DNA of 64,000 nt from positions 1-64,000 of the IMG/VR virus record IMGVR_UViG_3300048798_000032; one strand, written 5' to 3'. The notes under the pieces were generated by a model, which made no database searches, was not told the DNA's origin, and was given only the letters and a program-made list of their open reading frames with translations. The DNA comes from a virus. The position numbers were made by a program, and so were the translations under genes. Below are positions 1 to 9,054 of the stretch, in pieces; position 1 is the stretch's first letter; every line of letters starts with the position of its first letter.

Positions 1-93
1 CGGCTTGGCCAGCACCCCGGCAAGCTCGGCGTGCAGCTTGCGCTCGGCTTCCTCGCTGGCCGCGTGACCAGATGCGCTGATAAAGTAGGACAT
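1..93 (-). CDS. hypothetical protein, 5' part only (MSYFISASGHAASEEAERKLHAELAGVLAKP...)
   Basis: ATG at 93 directly after portal stop; open to window edge. Confidence 0.5.
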   Translation of the reverse strand, partial: MSYFISASGHAASEEAERKLHAELAGVLAKP

Positions 94-95
94 TT

Positions 96-1712
96 TCAGA
101 CTCCTGTCGCCTTGCCGGCCGCCGGGCCCTGGAACGGCTCCGCGTCATCGGGTGGGGTGGTCTGCGCGCCCTGCGTCATCTGCGACTCAATCATGTCGTT
201 GAGTTGCGCCAGCGCGCCCCGCGAGGATGCGACTTCCTTCCACCGGGCCACTTCCTCAGCCGTGATGCCGGGGATGCGGGACCACAGTTCGGTGGCGGGA
301 ATGCCGAGCATCTGCACCATCTTGCCCAGCGCGTCCGCCGTCGCCGCGAAAGCGCGCGCCGAAGTGTCCCGCCAGATGATCGTGGAGGTCGTGTCGGCCC
401 AGCCGTCTTTGTTCCCGGCCGCGAGGGAGGCGAGGCGGAGGGTCTGCTTGTGCGGGTCGGACAGGATGCCCTGAAGCTCGCTGATCTTGCGGTCCAGGCT
501 GTCGCGGGTCGCTGCGAGCGCGTCGCTGCTGAGGTTCGCCACGGACCCCAGCAGGTAATACGGGGGCAACTGCGCCCCGATCGCCATGTGCCGGATCGAC
601 GCCTCACGGGCGGCGAGGAACGGTGTCAGGTCGGTGGCCGTGAACTCCCCGAACTTCGTGTCGGCGTCGTCGGCAACCCACAGCCGGTCCACCCCGGCAC
701 GGAACGGCTCACGTGGCCGGCCGTCCTCGTCGTCGGGCACCATCCCGGTCACCCAGCGCTGCCGGAACGCGGCGTACTGCTGGGCCATCAGCGTGTTGAA
801 CGTGGTCGTGTTGATCTGGTCCTGCAACGGGATCAGCGGCTCAACCTCACCGGACACGTCCATCTCGCCGTCAAGGTCGACGTCGTGCAGGAACCGGACC
901 ACCGGGCAGACACCCAGGCCGTGCTCCTCAATCACCGGTGCCCCGGTGGGCACTCCCCACCAGGCCGAGTCGCCGGGGGTGAGCACACCCGACCCGGTGG
1001 ACCAGTCGCCGGGCCAGTCCAGGGTGGGCTGATCCACCTTGCCGACGAGGGTGTACCGGTTGCTGTCGTCATACAGCCAGACGACCCGCACAGCGCCTTT
1101 CTCCGAGCGCATGACGCGTTCCTCGACGGCGTACTGCGGCCATTCGTCGTCGACGTCGTCGGCGTACAGGGCGGTCAGCCGCCGGGGTGACACGGGCCGG
1201 ACGACGGGCATGCCGATGGGCGGGCTGTCGCCGTTGCCCATCAGGGTGCCGGGCAGCACGACCGTGTAGGCGATGCCGTACTTGGCGACGGCCCGGTGCA
1301 GGCCGTGCTGGCGGGAGCCCATCCGGTTGGCGGTGAAAATGTTCCACGGGTTCGCGGAGTCGGCGAGGGCCGGTGCGGGTGACCGGCTGTCCTCCGGTGC
1401 GGCGGCGGGAGGGTCCTCGCCGGGTGAGCCGCCGAGTGCGCCCACACCCTCGGTGCCGTCGCCGCCGCCTGTGCGCATGTACCCGTCGACGTGCAGGTTC
1501 TCGCTGATGGTGGAGACAACCAGCGGCAGGAAGTTGACTACGGAGCGGTTGAGCAGCCATTTGTACTCGTCGCGGGCACCGTGCGGGACGTAAACGCTGT
1601 CGTGGTTCCCTTTCATGTACTGCGCGATGCGGTGCAGCCGGACCTGCTCCCGCTCGCGCATCGCCAGCACGCGGGTAGCGACATCCGGCACCTGGCCGGG
1701 GGTCAGTGCCAT
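96..1712 (-). CDS. phage portal protein (SPP1 gp6-like)
   Basis: 538 aa; GVCPVVRF, GEVEPLIPLQDQIN, QQYAAFRQRWVTG, NLSSDAL motifs of actinophage portals; downstream of terminase. Confidence 0.9.
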   Translation of the reverse strand: MALTPGQVPDVATRVLAMREREQVRLHRIAQYMKGNHDSVYVPHGARDEYKWLLNRSVVNFLPLVVSTISENLHVDGYMRTGGGDGTEGVGALGGSPGEDPPAAAPEDSRSPAPALADSANPWNIFTANRMGSRQHGLHRAVAKYGIAYTVVLPGTLMGNGDSPPIGMPVVRPVSPRRLTALYADDVDDEWPQYAVEERVMRSEKGAVRVVWLYDDSNRYTLVGKVDQPTLDWPGDWSTGSGVLTPGDSAWWGVPTGAPVIEEHGLGVCPVVRFLHDVDLDGEMDVSGEVEPLIPLQDQINTTTFNTLMAQQYAAFRQRWVTGMVPDDEDGRPREPFRAGVDRLWVADDADTKFGEFTATDLTPFLAAREASIRHMAIGAQLPPYYLLGSVANLSSDALAATRDSLDRKISELQGILSDPHKQTLRLASLAAGNKDGWADTTSTIIWRDTSARAFAATADALGKMVQMLGIPATELWSRIPGITAEEVARWKEVASSRGALAQLNDMIESQMTQGAQTTPPDDAEPFQGPAAGKATGV

Positions 1713-1740
1713 CGGACCCCCGTCGCTCTAAGCTGGGCAG

Positions 1741-1983
1741 ATGGGCGAATATGCAGCGATGACGGACTGCCCGCGCGGGTACTGCGAGGAAGCGGAGGCA
1801 CTCTGCCGTGACGCGCTCGCACTCGGCCTCGCCGAAGAAGGGCTGCACCCCGCTGGCGAACCCCGCGCTGGCTGGCACAAGATCACCCGTCAGGAAGCGG
1901 ATCCGGCTGCGGGATTGCGTGCTGGCGACTGGCAGGTGCAGGTCGTGGTCGACGTCGCCGAGGATCCGCCAGTGTCCGGTTAG
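1741..1983 (+). CDS. hypothetical protein
   Basis: 80 aa ORF; TAAGCT -10-like box 6 nt before ATG. Confidence 0.5.
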   Translation: MGEYAAMTDCPRGYCEEAEALCRDALALGLAEEGLHPAGEPRAGWHKITRQEADPAAGLRAGDWQVQVVVDVAEDPPVSG

Positions 1984-1993
1984 GCTGCGGGGC

Positions 1994-2314
1994 GTGGAGA
2001 TTTACGCGAAACCTCGCCAGGGCGGGAAGACGACTGACCTGATCAGGCTGGCCGCTGACGGGTTCCTTTACATCGTGTGCGTCAACCACGCCGAGGCATA
2101 CCGCATCGCGGAGCAGGCGCGGGAGATGGGGTTCGATATCCCGTTCCCCATGACCTGGAACGAGTTCGTGCACGACCCCCCGCAGGGACGCCAGATCAAG
2201 GGGTTCGTGATCGACAACCTGGACCTGTGCATTCAGATGATGGTCCCCGAGCCAATCCGGGCTGTCTCCCTGACCATGGGTGCAGCAGTGCTCCCCGGTG
2301 CGGTACCCGGTTAG
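1994..2314 (+). CDS. small P-loop NTPase-like protein
   Basis: GTG start; PRQGGKTT Walker A-like and FVIDNLD Walker B-like motifs in 106 aa. Confidence 0.55.
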   Translation: MEIYAKPRQGGKTTDLIRLAADGFLYIVCVNHAEAYRIAEQAREMGFDIPFPMTWNEFVHDPPQGRQIKGFVIDNLDLCIQMMVPEPIRAVSLTMGAAVLPGAVPG

Positions 2315-2323
2315 GCTGCGGTT

Positions 2324-2644
2324 ATGAGCGCGAACTGGCTGCCAGACGAGCAGTGGGAAGCCGCAACGGATGACTCGCTGCCGGCTGGTGTCGTCGGGCT
2401 GAACGGGCAGTTCATTCCGGTACCTGACCTGTTGCCGCTGCGCTCGATCGCGACGCCCCGCGAAGTTACCCAGGTTGCAGGTTGTGATTGCGGTGGCATC
2501 GAGTGGCACGCCGAGACTTGCACGATCTGGGACAGGCCGCACGCCGAGGGAATGGCGGCGGTTGATGCGGCTAGAGAACGCATCAAGGCGTTTACCGCAG
2601 CGCTCAACGATCGGCTGCATGAAGCGCTCGGCCAGAAGCCGTGA
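2324..2644 (+). CDS. hypothetical protein
   Basis: 106 aa ORF, CDCG...H..C motif; stop overlaps next start. Confidence 0.55.
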   Translation: MSANWLPDEQWEAATDDSLPAGVVGLNGQFIPVPDLLPLRSIATPREVTQVAGCDCGGIEWHAETCTIWDRPHAEGMAAVDAARERIKAFTAALNDRLHEALGQKP

Positions 2645-3210
2645 GCGACCTGATCGCGTTCTGGGCGGCACGGCTGGACGAGGACGAAGCCGACGCCAGC
2701 GAGGCGGCTGAGAACGATGGCCCGGACTGGCAACTCTGGGACGGCCGGAATGGTGGTGTCGGCGCGCACGGCATGGATCCAGCCTGCGATCTCTACGCCG
2801 ACGTAGGTCCGCATGTCGCCCGCCACGATCCGGCGCGTGGGCTCCGCGAGGTCGAAGCTGACCGCCGATTGCTCGCTGAGGCCGAATCGCTCGCGGGTGA
2901 TATCGGCTGGGACGACGCGATCATGCTCGCGGTGAAGCTCCGTGTCTCGGCCTGGAGCGACCATCCTGACTACCGGGCAGAAGAGTGCCGAGTGGCCCGA
3001 CTGATGATCCGGCGGCTGGCTCTTATCGGCATGGTTGCCCTGGTCGTGCTGCCCTTTGTTGCCATCGCGCTGGGTGCCGGATTGTGGGCGTTCGTGCACT
3101 GGCTGCGTGCAGGCCCGGATACGGCACGAACGGACCGCATCCTGTTCAACCCGGTGCTTGACTGGCTGGCCGACCTGCCGTTCAGGGTCACGGGCATCCC
3201 GTGCCGGTGA
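2641..3210 (+). CDS. DUF6221-like protein fused to a membrane ORF
   Basis: MSDLIAFWAARLDEDE, HVARHDPARGLREVEA, SDHPDYR motifs; hydrophobic tail from 3004. Confidence 0.6.
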   Translation: MSDLIAFWAARLDEDEADASEAAENDGPDWQLWDGRNGGVGAHGMDPACDLYADVGPHVARHDPARGLREVEADRRLLAEAESLAGDIGWDDAIMLAVKLRVSAWSDHPDYRAEECRVARLMIRRLALIGMVALVVLPFVAIALGAGLWAFVHWLRAGPDTARTDRILFNPVLDWLADLPFRVTGIPCR

Positions 3211-3307
3211 ACCCCCAGGAACCCGGGCCCGGCGAGTCATGGGCACCGTGGCGGAACGAGAATCCAGCACTCGCCGGGCGGGCAAAGTGCCTGCTGGCTG
3301 AGGCGCA

Positions 3308-3523
3308 ATGATCATCCAGGAGGCAAACCCGCACAGGGTCGGTGCCTGCCCTGAATGCGGCAACTACCGCACCGACGGCAAGCCTCCGTACCTGCACAAC
3401 CCTGGATGTCCCCGCGAGAATGACTTGCAGATCGAGCGGTACCTGACCGAGTTGCAAACTGGCGACCTTGGTGCCCCAGTGCTCTACTGTGGCGAGCACG
3501 ATCACGGCATCGAGATCGTTTAG
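3308..3523 (+). CDS. small Cys/His-rich hypothetical protein
   Basis: CPECG...HNPGC. Confidence 0.5.
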   Translation: MIIQEANPHRVGACPECGNYRTDGKPPYLHNPGCPRENDLQIERYLTELQTGDLGAPVLYCGEHDHGIEIV

Positions 3524-3532
3524 GCTGATCTT

Positions 3533-3645
3533 GCGGGAAGGCCGGTAGCTCAGTTGGACAGAGCGCCGTGTGGCCAGCCAAATGCGCAAGCGGCGAAGCC
3601 TGCGATCGGCAGATGCGGGTTCAAGTCCCGTCCTGGCCTTCCCGC
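3533..3645 (+). ncRNA. tRNA-like RNA with extended acceptor stem and expanded anticodon domain
   Basis: TAGCTCAGTTGGACAGAGC D-arm; GCGGG-TTCAAGT-CCCGT T-arm; 13-bp terminal stem GCGGGAAGGCCGG/CTGGCCTTCCCGC; no 7-nt anticodon loop, no CCA. Confidence 0.7.
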
Positions 3646-4268
3646 TACTTCGCCGCCTCGCGCTCCTGCCTGCGGGCTGCCCACAGGGCCTTGATGCGCG
3701 GCTGGATGTCCGGCGTAATCCGCGACCCCGCAGGCAGGGACGCCAGCAGGAAATCGGCCGCGTCGGGTTCGTGGGCGTACGGATGAAACTTCCCGCAGGC
3801 AGTGCAGGTCCCGTAGCTGCTGCCCGGCGTGAGCGTGGGGACGGGGCACAGGCACAGCCGGTGAGCACGCTTCACCGACGAGCAGTCCCCGTGGAACAGT
3901 CCCGGCTGCCCGCGCCACCAGCGCCCGCGCGGGCCATCCCACTGGTGCGAGGTGTTCACATAGTCGCCCTTGCGGGACCGTCCGCCGCACCATGCGCAGC
4001 GAGTCAGCGCCCAGCGGCGGAGGTGCTGGAGCGGGTGAACCTGGATCCGCCAGTGCCAGATATGGAGCCGCCAGCCGTTGAGGAACTTCGCAGGCTGGCC
4101 GGGGACTTTCCGGTAGTGCTTGCATACTTCACCGGAATCGTGGCCACCAGGTTCGCGATGCCAGACCGTGATCAGCGTGGGCCAGTGGTGGCGTCCCTTC
4201 AGGGCACCATGGAACTTCTGTGGCCACGGGCGCCGGATCTGGAAGGCCACCACCAGCGGGTCATGCAT
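3645..4268 (-). CDS. hypothetical His/Cys/Trp-rich protein
   Basis: 207 aa ORF with GGAGG RBS-like site upstream. Confidence 0.65.
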   Translation of the reverse strand: MHDPLVVAFQIRRPWPQKFHGALKGRHHWPTLITVWHREPGGHDSGEVCKHYRKVPGQPAKFLNGWRLHIWHWRIQVHPLQHLRRWALTRCAWCGGRSRKGDYVNTSHQWDGPRGRWWRGQPGLFHGDCSSVKRAHRLCLCPVPTLTPGSSYGTCTACGKFHPYAHEPDAADFLLASLPAGSRITPDIQPRIKALWAARRQEREAAK

Positions 4269-4340
4269 GAGGATAGCCTCTCACGCTTCCACCCTCCGTT
4301 TAGGCCAGAATGCCATGACCTGCGGGTGCCTTGATCATTC

Positions 4341-4622
4341 TTACGGGCACCTACCGGCCGGCAAGCGTGAGGCCCGTGTTCCGTGAGTCCGTATCCTCCG
4401 GTTAGGCGATGCCGCGATCAGTGGCTTCGGTGTCCCACACCAGGAGCAACGGGGGCTGATGGAGTAGGCGCGCGGAACGTGATGCCGCCCGCGCTTGTGC
4501 AGCCAGCGCATCCGGGCACGGTAGACGGTCGAGTACACGCCTGCGTAGAGGCTGTACAAGCCACCTTCCTCGCGCCGGAAGCTCGGGATGCGCCGGAAGG
4601 CTATCCGCTGCACAGCGTTCAA
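4341..4622 (-). CDS. hypothetical protein
   Basis: TTG start behind GAGGAGG; CSWCG. Confidence 0.5.
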   Translation of the reverse strand: MNAVQRIAFRRIPSFRREEGGLYSLYAGVYSTVYRARMRWLHKRGRHHVPRAYSISPRCSWCGTPKPLIAASPNRRIRTHGTRASRLPAGRCP

Positions 4623-4631
4623 GGTCCCTCC

Positions 4632-4676
4632 TCAGGCGAAGCCGTGAACTTTGCCCGACCGTGGCCGCTTCTGCGG
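4632..4676 (-). pseudogene. relic 3' end of a terminase large subunit allele
   Basis: translates PQKRPRSGKVHGFA*, versus PPKKPRSGRVHGF* at the end of the intact terL. Confidence 0.7.
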
Positions 4677-4733
4677 CGCGGCGTGAGCCGCGCAGCAGGA
4701 ATCCCCGCGCCTTCAGGGCGGGGAGGACGTCAA
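4676..4733 (+). mobile_element. orphan IS605 right end / omega-RNA 3' part
   Basis: 57/58 nt identical to the right end at 14440-14497; ends in hairpin + TCAA. Confidence 0.85.
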
Positions 4734-4742
4734 TCCCTCCGC

Positions 4743-5090
4743 TCAGGCGTGATCGTTGCTGTTGAGAGCGCTGGCGAACTCGGCCTGCTCGTCCCAGCCG
4801 GTGCAGCATCTGTTCTCTGGCCAGCGGAACTCCGAGCCAGGTATGCCGCAGGGGTGCTTGTGCGGGTGAACATAATCAGCCGTCAGCCGCATCCGGTGAA
4901 CATGATCATCACAGGCCGCCATCACCGCAACGATGGACAGCGCCTCGTCGTCCAGCACGAAACCGTGCCACACGGCCTCACGCCCGCAGTGTGCCCCGGT
5001 GCCTCCCGGCTGGTGGCCGCAGACCCACACCGCCGCGTCGGGCACCGATGTGCCGAGGTGCGGCAGCGGCCTCATGGTCACCTCGCTCAC
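4743..5090 (-). CDS. hypothetical Cys/His-rich protein
   Basis: 115 aa ORF following terL. Confidence 0.55.
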   Translation of the reverse strand: MSEVTMRPLPHLGTSVPDAAVWVCGHQPGGTGAHCGREAVWHGFVLDDEALSIVAVMAACDDHVHRMRLTADYVHPHKHPCGIPGSEFRWPENRCCTGWDEQAEFASALNSNDHA

Positions 5091-5099
5091 GACGGTCAG

Positions 5100-7844
5100 T
5101 TAAAAACCATGCACACGCCCTGACCTGGGCTTCTTCGGCGGATCAGCCGCCCGTTTGGCCAGCAGCAGCCGGCGCACCATCCGGGCCCCGATCACGCACA
5201 CCGCCGCGTCGATCTTCTTCGGCGAGTCCCTGGACTCCTTCGCGATGGCCACACCCCACCGGTTCGGGTGCCGCCGCGTGTTGGCCACATGACGGCCGAT
5301 CCGCGAATCGCCGTCGTGCCGGAACGACCTCTCCTCAGTGATCTCCGTCAGGGTCAGCTCACACGCCGCCGTGAAATCGTGCACGTGGTTCTGCGCCCGC
5401 ATGTCCCACGCGATCACCTGCGGTTCCCGGCCATGCGGTACCGCCTCGATCTCCAGCCGTTCCGCGTACCGTTCCGGCCACGTGACCTTGGTAAAGGATT
5501 CCCACTCGCGGACGTCGGCGAAGAACCCGCACACCTGCCAGCGGTCAAACATCTGCTCCACTGCCGCGTCAACCTCAGCGACGGGGACAGACCACGTATA
5601 GCCGGGCTCGTGCGGGCTGGGGGGTGCTTCCCACACGTCCACGCAGAACACGTAGCCGGTCTCCACGTGGCAGGCGACCAGGGCGGTGGCGTCCCTCGTC
5701 CTCGAGCCGTCGAAGAACGCCACGATCTCGTCGCCGTCACAGATCACCTGCGTGGCGTCGGCGAGGAGCGCCCACTCCTGCTGGGTCACCCACGCGTCAT
5801 AGGTGGCCGTGGGCTGGTTCAGGTAGAAGCGGCGCGCGGTGTCGGGCTTGGTCCGCAGCGACAGGATGCGGTCCCGGATGATCTCCTGGTCCACCCAGAA
5901 CGAGTCCCCGTAGGCGAACTCGATGCCCTTCCGCAGGCTCTCGTCATCGGTGAGGCTCGTGTCCGGGGGCGCCACCCGGGCGTCGTACAGGATCAGCGCA
6001 CCCGATTTCGTGCGCCCTTCCTCCTGCGCCACCCACGCGTCGAACGTGGCCTCGGCGACCGATCCGGCACCCGGCTCCCACGCGTTCGCGGTCTCAATCG
6101 CCCGTGACCCGCTCTTGGCGAGGTTCCGGTCAATGGTGGCGGCCAGGTCCACGCCGCCGTTGGCGATTTTCCAGTGTTCCGGCTCGTCTTCCCCGCAGAA
6201 CGTGACCTCGGCGCCCTCCGCAGCGGCGGCCGACGACGTGATGGCCTCGAGCTGGCCGCCACCGGGGCTGTAGATGACCGTCTTGCCTGGGTCCAGGCCG
6301 TACTCCCGGACCACCTTGGAGCGTTTCGCCGTCATCGCCCGGATGTGGCGCATCGTGTTCGCCGTCGCCGACTCGCTGACGCCGGCGATCTGCACCAGCG
6401 GCATGTCCACCGGCTTGCCCCGCACCCCACCAGGCATGCCGGGGTCGAAACGGTCCAGCCGCACCGGGCCCAGCAACTCGGTGAGTGATATGGCGGCTAC
6501 GGAGGGGCTGTTGTGCGTCGGGATGAGCCCCTCGCCGGCCAGATAGAGGCTCGATGGTGACGAGACCGTCACGCACCGGACGGGAACGCTCTCTGACGGC
6601 TCGATGGCGGTCACCGTGCGCACCTGTGAGTACGGGATCTGCGGACCGCGAGACTTCAGGAGTGCCAGTTTCCGGGCCAGCGAGAAGATCGGCTCCTCAG
6701 CGTAGGCGGTCACGCCGATGCGCCACCTGCGGCCCACCGTCCGCCCGTTGAGCTTTGCATCGGACTCGTTCACGCGCGGGTAAAGCCCGAGCGTCCTGAT
6801 GAGCGCCGCCGCATCAAGCGCGAGACGCCGGCACATCAGCGTGAGCTCGCACCCGGTGTAGCCACGGCCCGGCGCGGAACCGTCGCTATCCATCAGCCCG
6901 CGCAGCAGGTCAAGCCGCTGCTTGTAGGAACCGCGCATATAGGACGCGGGGATGTGCTTGTCGTTGAGTACGCCGATCTGACGCAACGCGTGCATCGCCG
7001 CGCCTTTCAGCGCAGGGTCGGCACCGCCGAGGCGCACGCGGTATGCGTGACCGGACGGATTGCCGGTGATTCTCGGGTTGCCGAGTGGCAGCCCACCGCG
7101 CTCGGCCGCCGCGCGAAGTTCCGGCAGGTCGGCCACGTCCACGGTAATCCGGGCACAGTCGCTGTCACCATCGCCGAGCCAGTAGCCCAGCAGGTACGGG
7201 TCAAGGGGAAAGCCGGCTTCCGGGAGGTCAAGAGCAGGTGTCGGCAGCGTCTTCCACCGTGCGACACCGTTCGTGTAGCACTTCGTGCGCCCGGTGGTGA
7301 GCGTGCGCGTGTACCGGATTCCCAGGTCGTGCGCCTGCTGCGTGGTCACAACCCGCGGGATGCGCTTTGGTCCGCCGACGAACTCGGCAAGCGGCCACAG
7401 ATGCTCCGCGTCGGCGATAATCTGCGTCCTGTCACGGAACGTCAGCCGGTAGCAAGGGCGCTCCGTCATGACATCACTCACGGCCAGGACGGTGCAGGGT
7501 GCGCCGGTCTCGTCCAGGAGCCGGTCACCGGGGCGCACGTCACCCATTGTCGTCCAGCCAGACGGCGTGGGCAGCGGGGTGCCCAGCGCCAGCGCCTTAC
7601 CTGTCCCTTTTGGGTGCCTTCGTACCGCATGCTGGTAGATCCAGCGGCCATCAGGGTGCAGGGCGTAGTACCAGAGCAGGAAACGGACCTGTGACTCCGT
7701 GTACTCCCAGTTCATCCCCGCTCTGGGGCCGTTCGGGTGCCGCAGGTACGTCCCGGCCCACTCGATCGCTATCCAGCCGAGCGTCAGATCCGGGATACCC
7801 GGCGGCAGTGTGACCAGACGGTCGGCCGGGGCGATCTCGCCCAC
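5100..7844 (-). CDS. terL: terminase large subunit with intein
   Basis: Walker A PKGTGK|S split by intein; GEDE Walker B; FFDGSRTRDATAL and KIDAAV nuclease motifs. Confidence 0.93.
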   Translation of the reverse strand: MGEIAPADRLVTLPPGIPDLTLGWIAIEWAGTYLRHPNGPRAGMNWEYTESQVRFLLWYYALHPDGRWIYQHAVRRHPKGTGKALALGTPLPTPSGWTTMGDVRPGDRLLDETGAPCTVLAVSDVMTERPCYRLTFRDRTQIIADAEHLWPLAEFVGGPKRIPRVVTTQQAHDLGIRYTRTLTTGRTKCYTNGVARWKTLPTPALDLPEAGFPLDPYLLGYWLGDGDSDCARITVDVADLPELRAAAERGGLPLGNPRITGNPSGHAYRVRLGGADPALKGAAMHALRQIGVLNDKHIPASYMRGSYKQRLDLLRGLMDSDGSAPGRGYTGCELTLMCRRLALDAAALIRTLGLYPRVNESDAKLNGRTVGRRWRIGVTAYAEEPIFSLARKLALLKSRGPQIPYSQVRTVTAIEPSESVPVRCVTVSSPSSLYLAGEGLIPTHNSPSVAAISLTELLGPVRLDRFDPGMPGGVRGKPVDMPLVQIAGVSESATANTMRHIRAMTAKRSKVVREYGLDPGKTVIYSPGGGQLEAITSSAAAAEGAEVTFCGEDEPEHWKIANGGVDLAATIDRNLAKSGSRAIETANAWEPGAGSVAEATFDAWVAQEEGRTKSGALILYDARVAPPDTSLTDDESLRKGIEFAYGDSFWVDQEIIRDRILSLRTKPDTARRFYLNQPTATYDAWVTQQEWALLADATQVICDGDEIVAFFDGSRTRDATALVACHVETGYVFCVDVWEAPPSPHEPGYTWSVPVAEVDAAVEQMFDRWQVCGFFADVREWESFTKVTWPERYAERLEIEAVPHGREPQVIAWDMRAQNHVHDFTAACELTLTEITEERSFRHDGDSRIGRHVANTRRHPNRWGVAIAKESRDSPKKIDAAVCVIGARMVRRLLLAKRAADPPKKPRSGRVHGF
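6510..7595 (-). mobile_element. class-3 intein with LAGLIDADG endonuclease (362 aa)
   Basis: starts ALALGTPLPTPSGW (Ala1), ends IPTHN|S; W in DAEHLW, C in VPVRC, T in THN; LLGYWLGDG and LLRGLMDSDG. Confidence 0.88.
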
Positions 7845-7847
7845 CGG

Positions 7848-8417
7848 TTACGCCTTAGCCGCGAGACCAGCCAGGAACTCGTCAATCACCCAGTTGCGCC
7901 GCGCGTCGGCCAGCGCGTTGTGCTCACCCTCGGCCTGCTGCGGAACCTTTGGGTTGCCGAGCCGCTCGCACTCCTGCTTCAGGTCGTTCGTCCACATCGG
8001 GACACCCTTGGGCAGGCTGACCATGGTTCCCCAGAGCTGGCAGAGCGCCACATGGTCATACGCCCCGTACCAGGCCCACAGCGACGGGTCAGGCGTGGCG
8101 AGGATGAAGTCGCGGACCTCGTTGGCGATCAGCCAGCGGGGACGCACGTCCGAGTTGTACCGGTCGATGGCGAACGCCCACCGCTTTCCCGAGGCCGGCC
8201 CCATCTTTGTGATGAGATCGGGCAGCGTGCCGCATGGCATCAGCGGCAGCGAGGGCACGACGTTTTCACATAGCCAGTCGCTATCGGCAATGCGGTCCCA
8301 GTCCGCATCGGCATTGACCGCGTAGTATTGGCGGCCGTCCTCGGCGACCATGCCGATCGAGATCAGGTCGATCGTGTGGCCGTCCTCAAGGAACTCGGTG
8401 TCGTACCAGATGCGCAT
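7848..8417 (-). CDS. DEDDh 3'-5' exoribonuclease (Rv2179c / RNase AS-like)
   Basis: YDTEFLEDG, LISIGMV, WAWYGAYDHV, HNALADA. Confidence 0.88.
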   Translation of the reverse strand: MRIWYDTEFLEDGHTIDLISIGMVAEDGRQYYAVNADADWDRIADSDWLCENVVPSLPLMPCGTLPDLITKMGPASGKRWAFAIDRYNSDVRPRWLIANEVRDFILATPDPSLWAWYGAYDHVALCQLWGTMVSLPKGVPMWTNDLKQECERLGNPKVPQQAEGEHNALADARRNWVIDEFLAGLAAKA

Positions 8418-8758
8418 CAGACGACCCGCTGGAGAAATCGGCAGCCGACCATCGTGCCCTCGTCGTTGCGCACTTCGGCGAACGGGGCCAGAAGGTCACC
8501 GCGATGGCAGGCCAGGGCAACGACCAGCGAGACGATGTAGTCGGTGTCCTTCTCGCGCGGCGGGAGGTCGTGGACGTGGCCGTACTCCACCAGCTCGCAC
8601 CTGCGCCCGCTCTGCGGTGACAGGCTCGTGCCCAGCTCGATCACGGCGACGCGCGCCACCGTGCCCGATGGCGGGATGACCTCCTCGGGGCCGTCCGCGA
8701 TCGTGCGCTCCGGGCCGTAGACCGCGATCGGGTGCGGGGTCAGGTTGACGAGAGTCAC
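8417..8758 (-). CDS. conserved phage hypothetical protein
   Basis: VNLTPH N-terminus, IVSLVV, VRNDEG motifs. Confidence 0.65.
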   Translation of the reverse strand: MTLVNLTPHPIAVYGPERTIADGPEEVIPPSGTVARVAVIELGTSLSPQSGRRCELVEYGHVHDLPPREKDTDYIVSLVVALACHRGDLLAPFAEVRNDEGTMVGCRFLQRVV

Positions 8759-9054
8759 GGCGCATCACCGTCAATGTCGTGCTCGGCCCCGATGACCACC
8801 CGGCGGGCGAACAGCGTCAGCGTGACCCTGACGACATCGGCGGGCCCACCAAGCTCCATCTCGTGAATCTTGATGCCGTGCTGGGCAACAAGGAGCGCCT
8901 GCCCGTTGATCCGCACCTCGTCGGGGACGACTATCGAGCCACCTGCCGTGTCATCTGTCCGCAGGCCGCGCTCAACGATCTCAATAACGGCAGCGGGAGG
9001 CAGAGGCGCGGTCCCGGGACGTCCCACGGTCCCCGGGTAGTCACCGGAACCCAT
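8755..9054 (-). CDS. hypothetical protein
   Basis: coupled to terS stop and to next start. Confidence 0.55.
   Translation of the reverse strand: MGSGDYPGTVGRPGTAPLPPAAVIEIVERGLRTDDTAGGSIVVPDEVRINGQALLVAQHGIKIHEMELGGPADVVRVTLTLFARRVVIGAEHDIDGDAP

Noticed and set aside
1529-1540. GGAAGTTGACTA in the portal gene matches the first six concatenated NN of tract 6
   Set aside because: match stops at 12 nt and could easily arise by chance given many start points; no self-target claimed, and I could not scan exhaustively
1979-2317. GTTAGGC as integron attC core sites
   Set aside because: no matching RYYYAAC inverse cores, no attC hairpins, no integrase; a -10 box reading fits better
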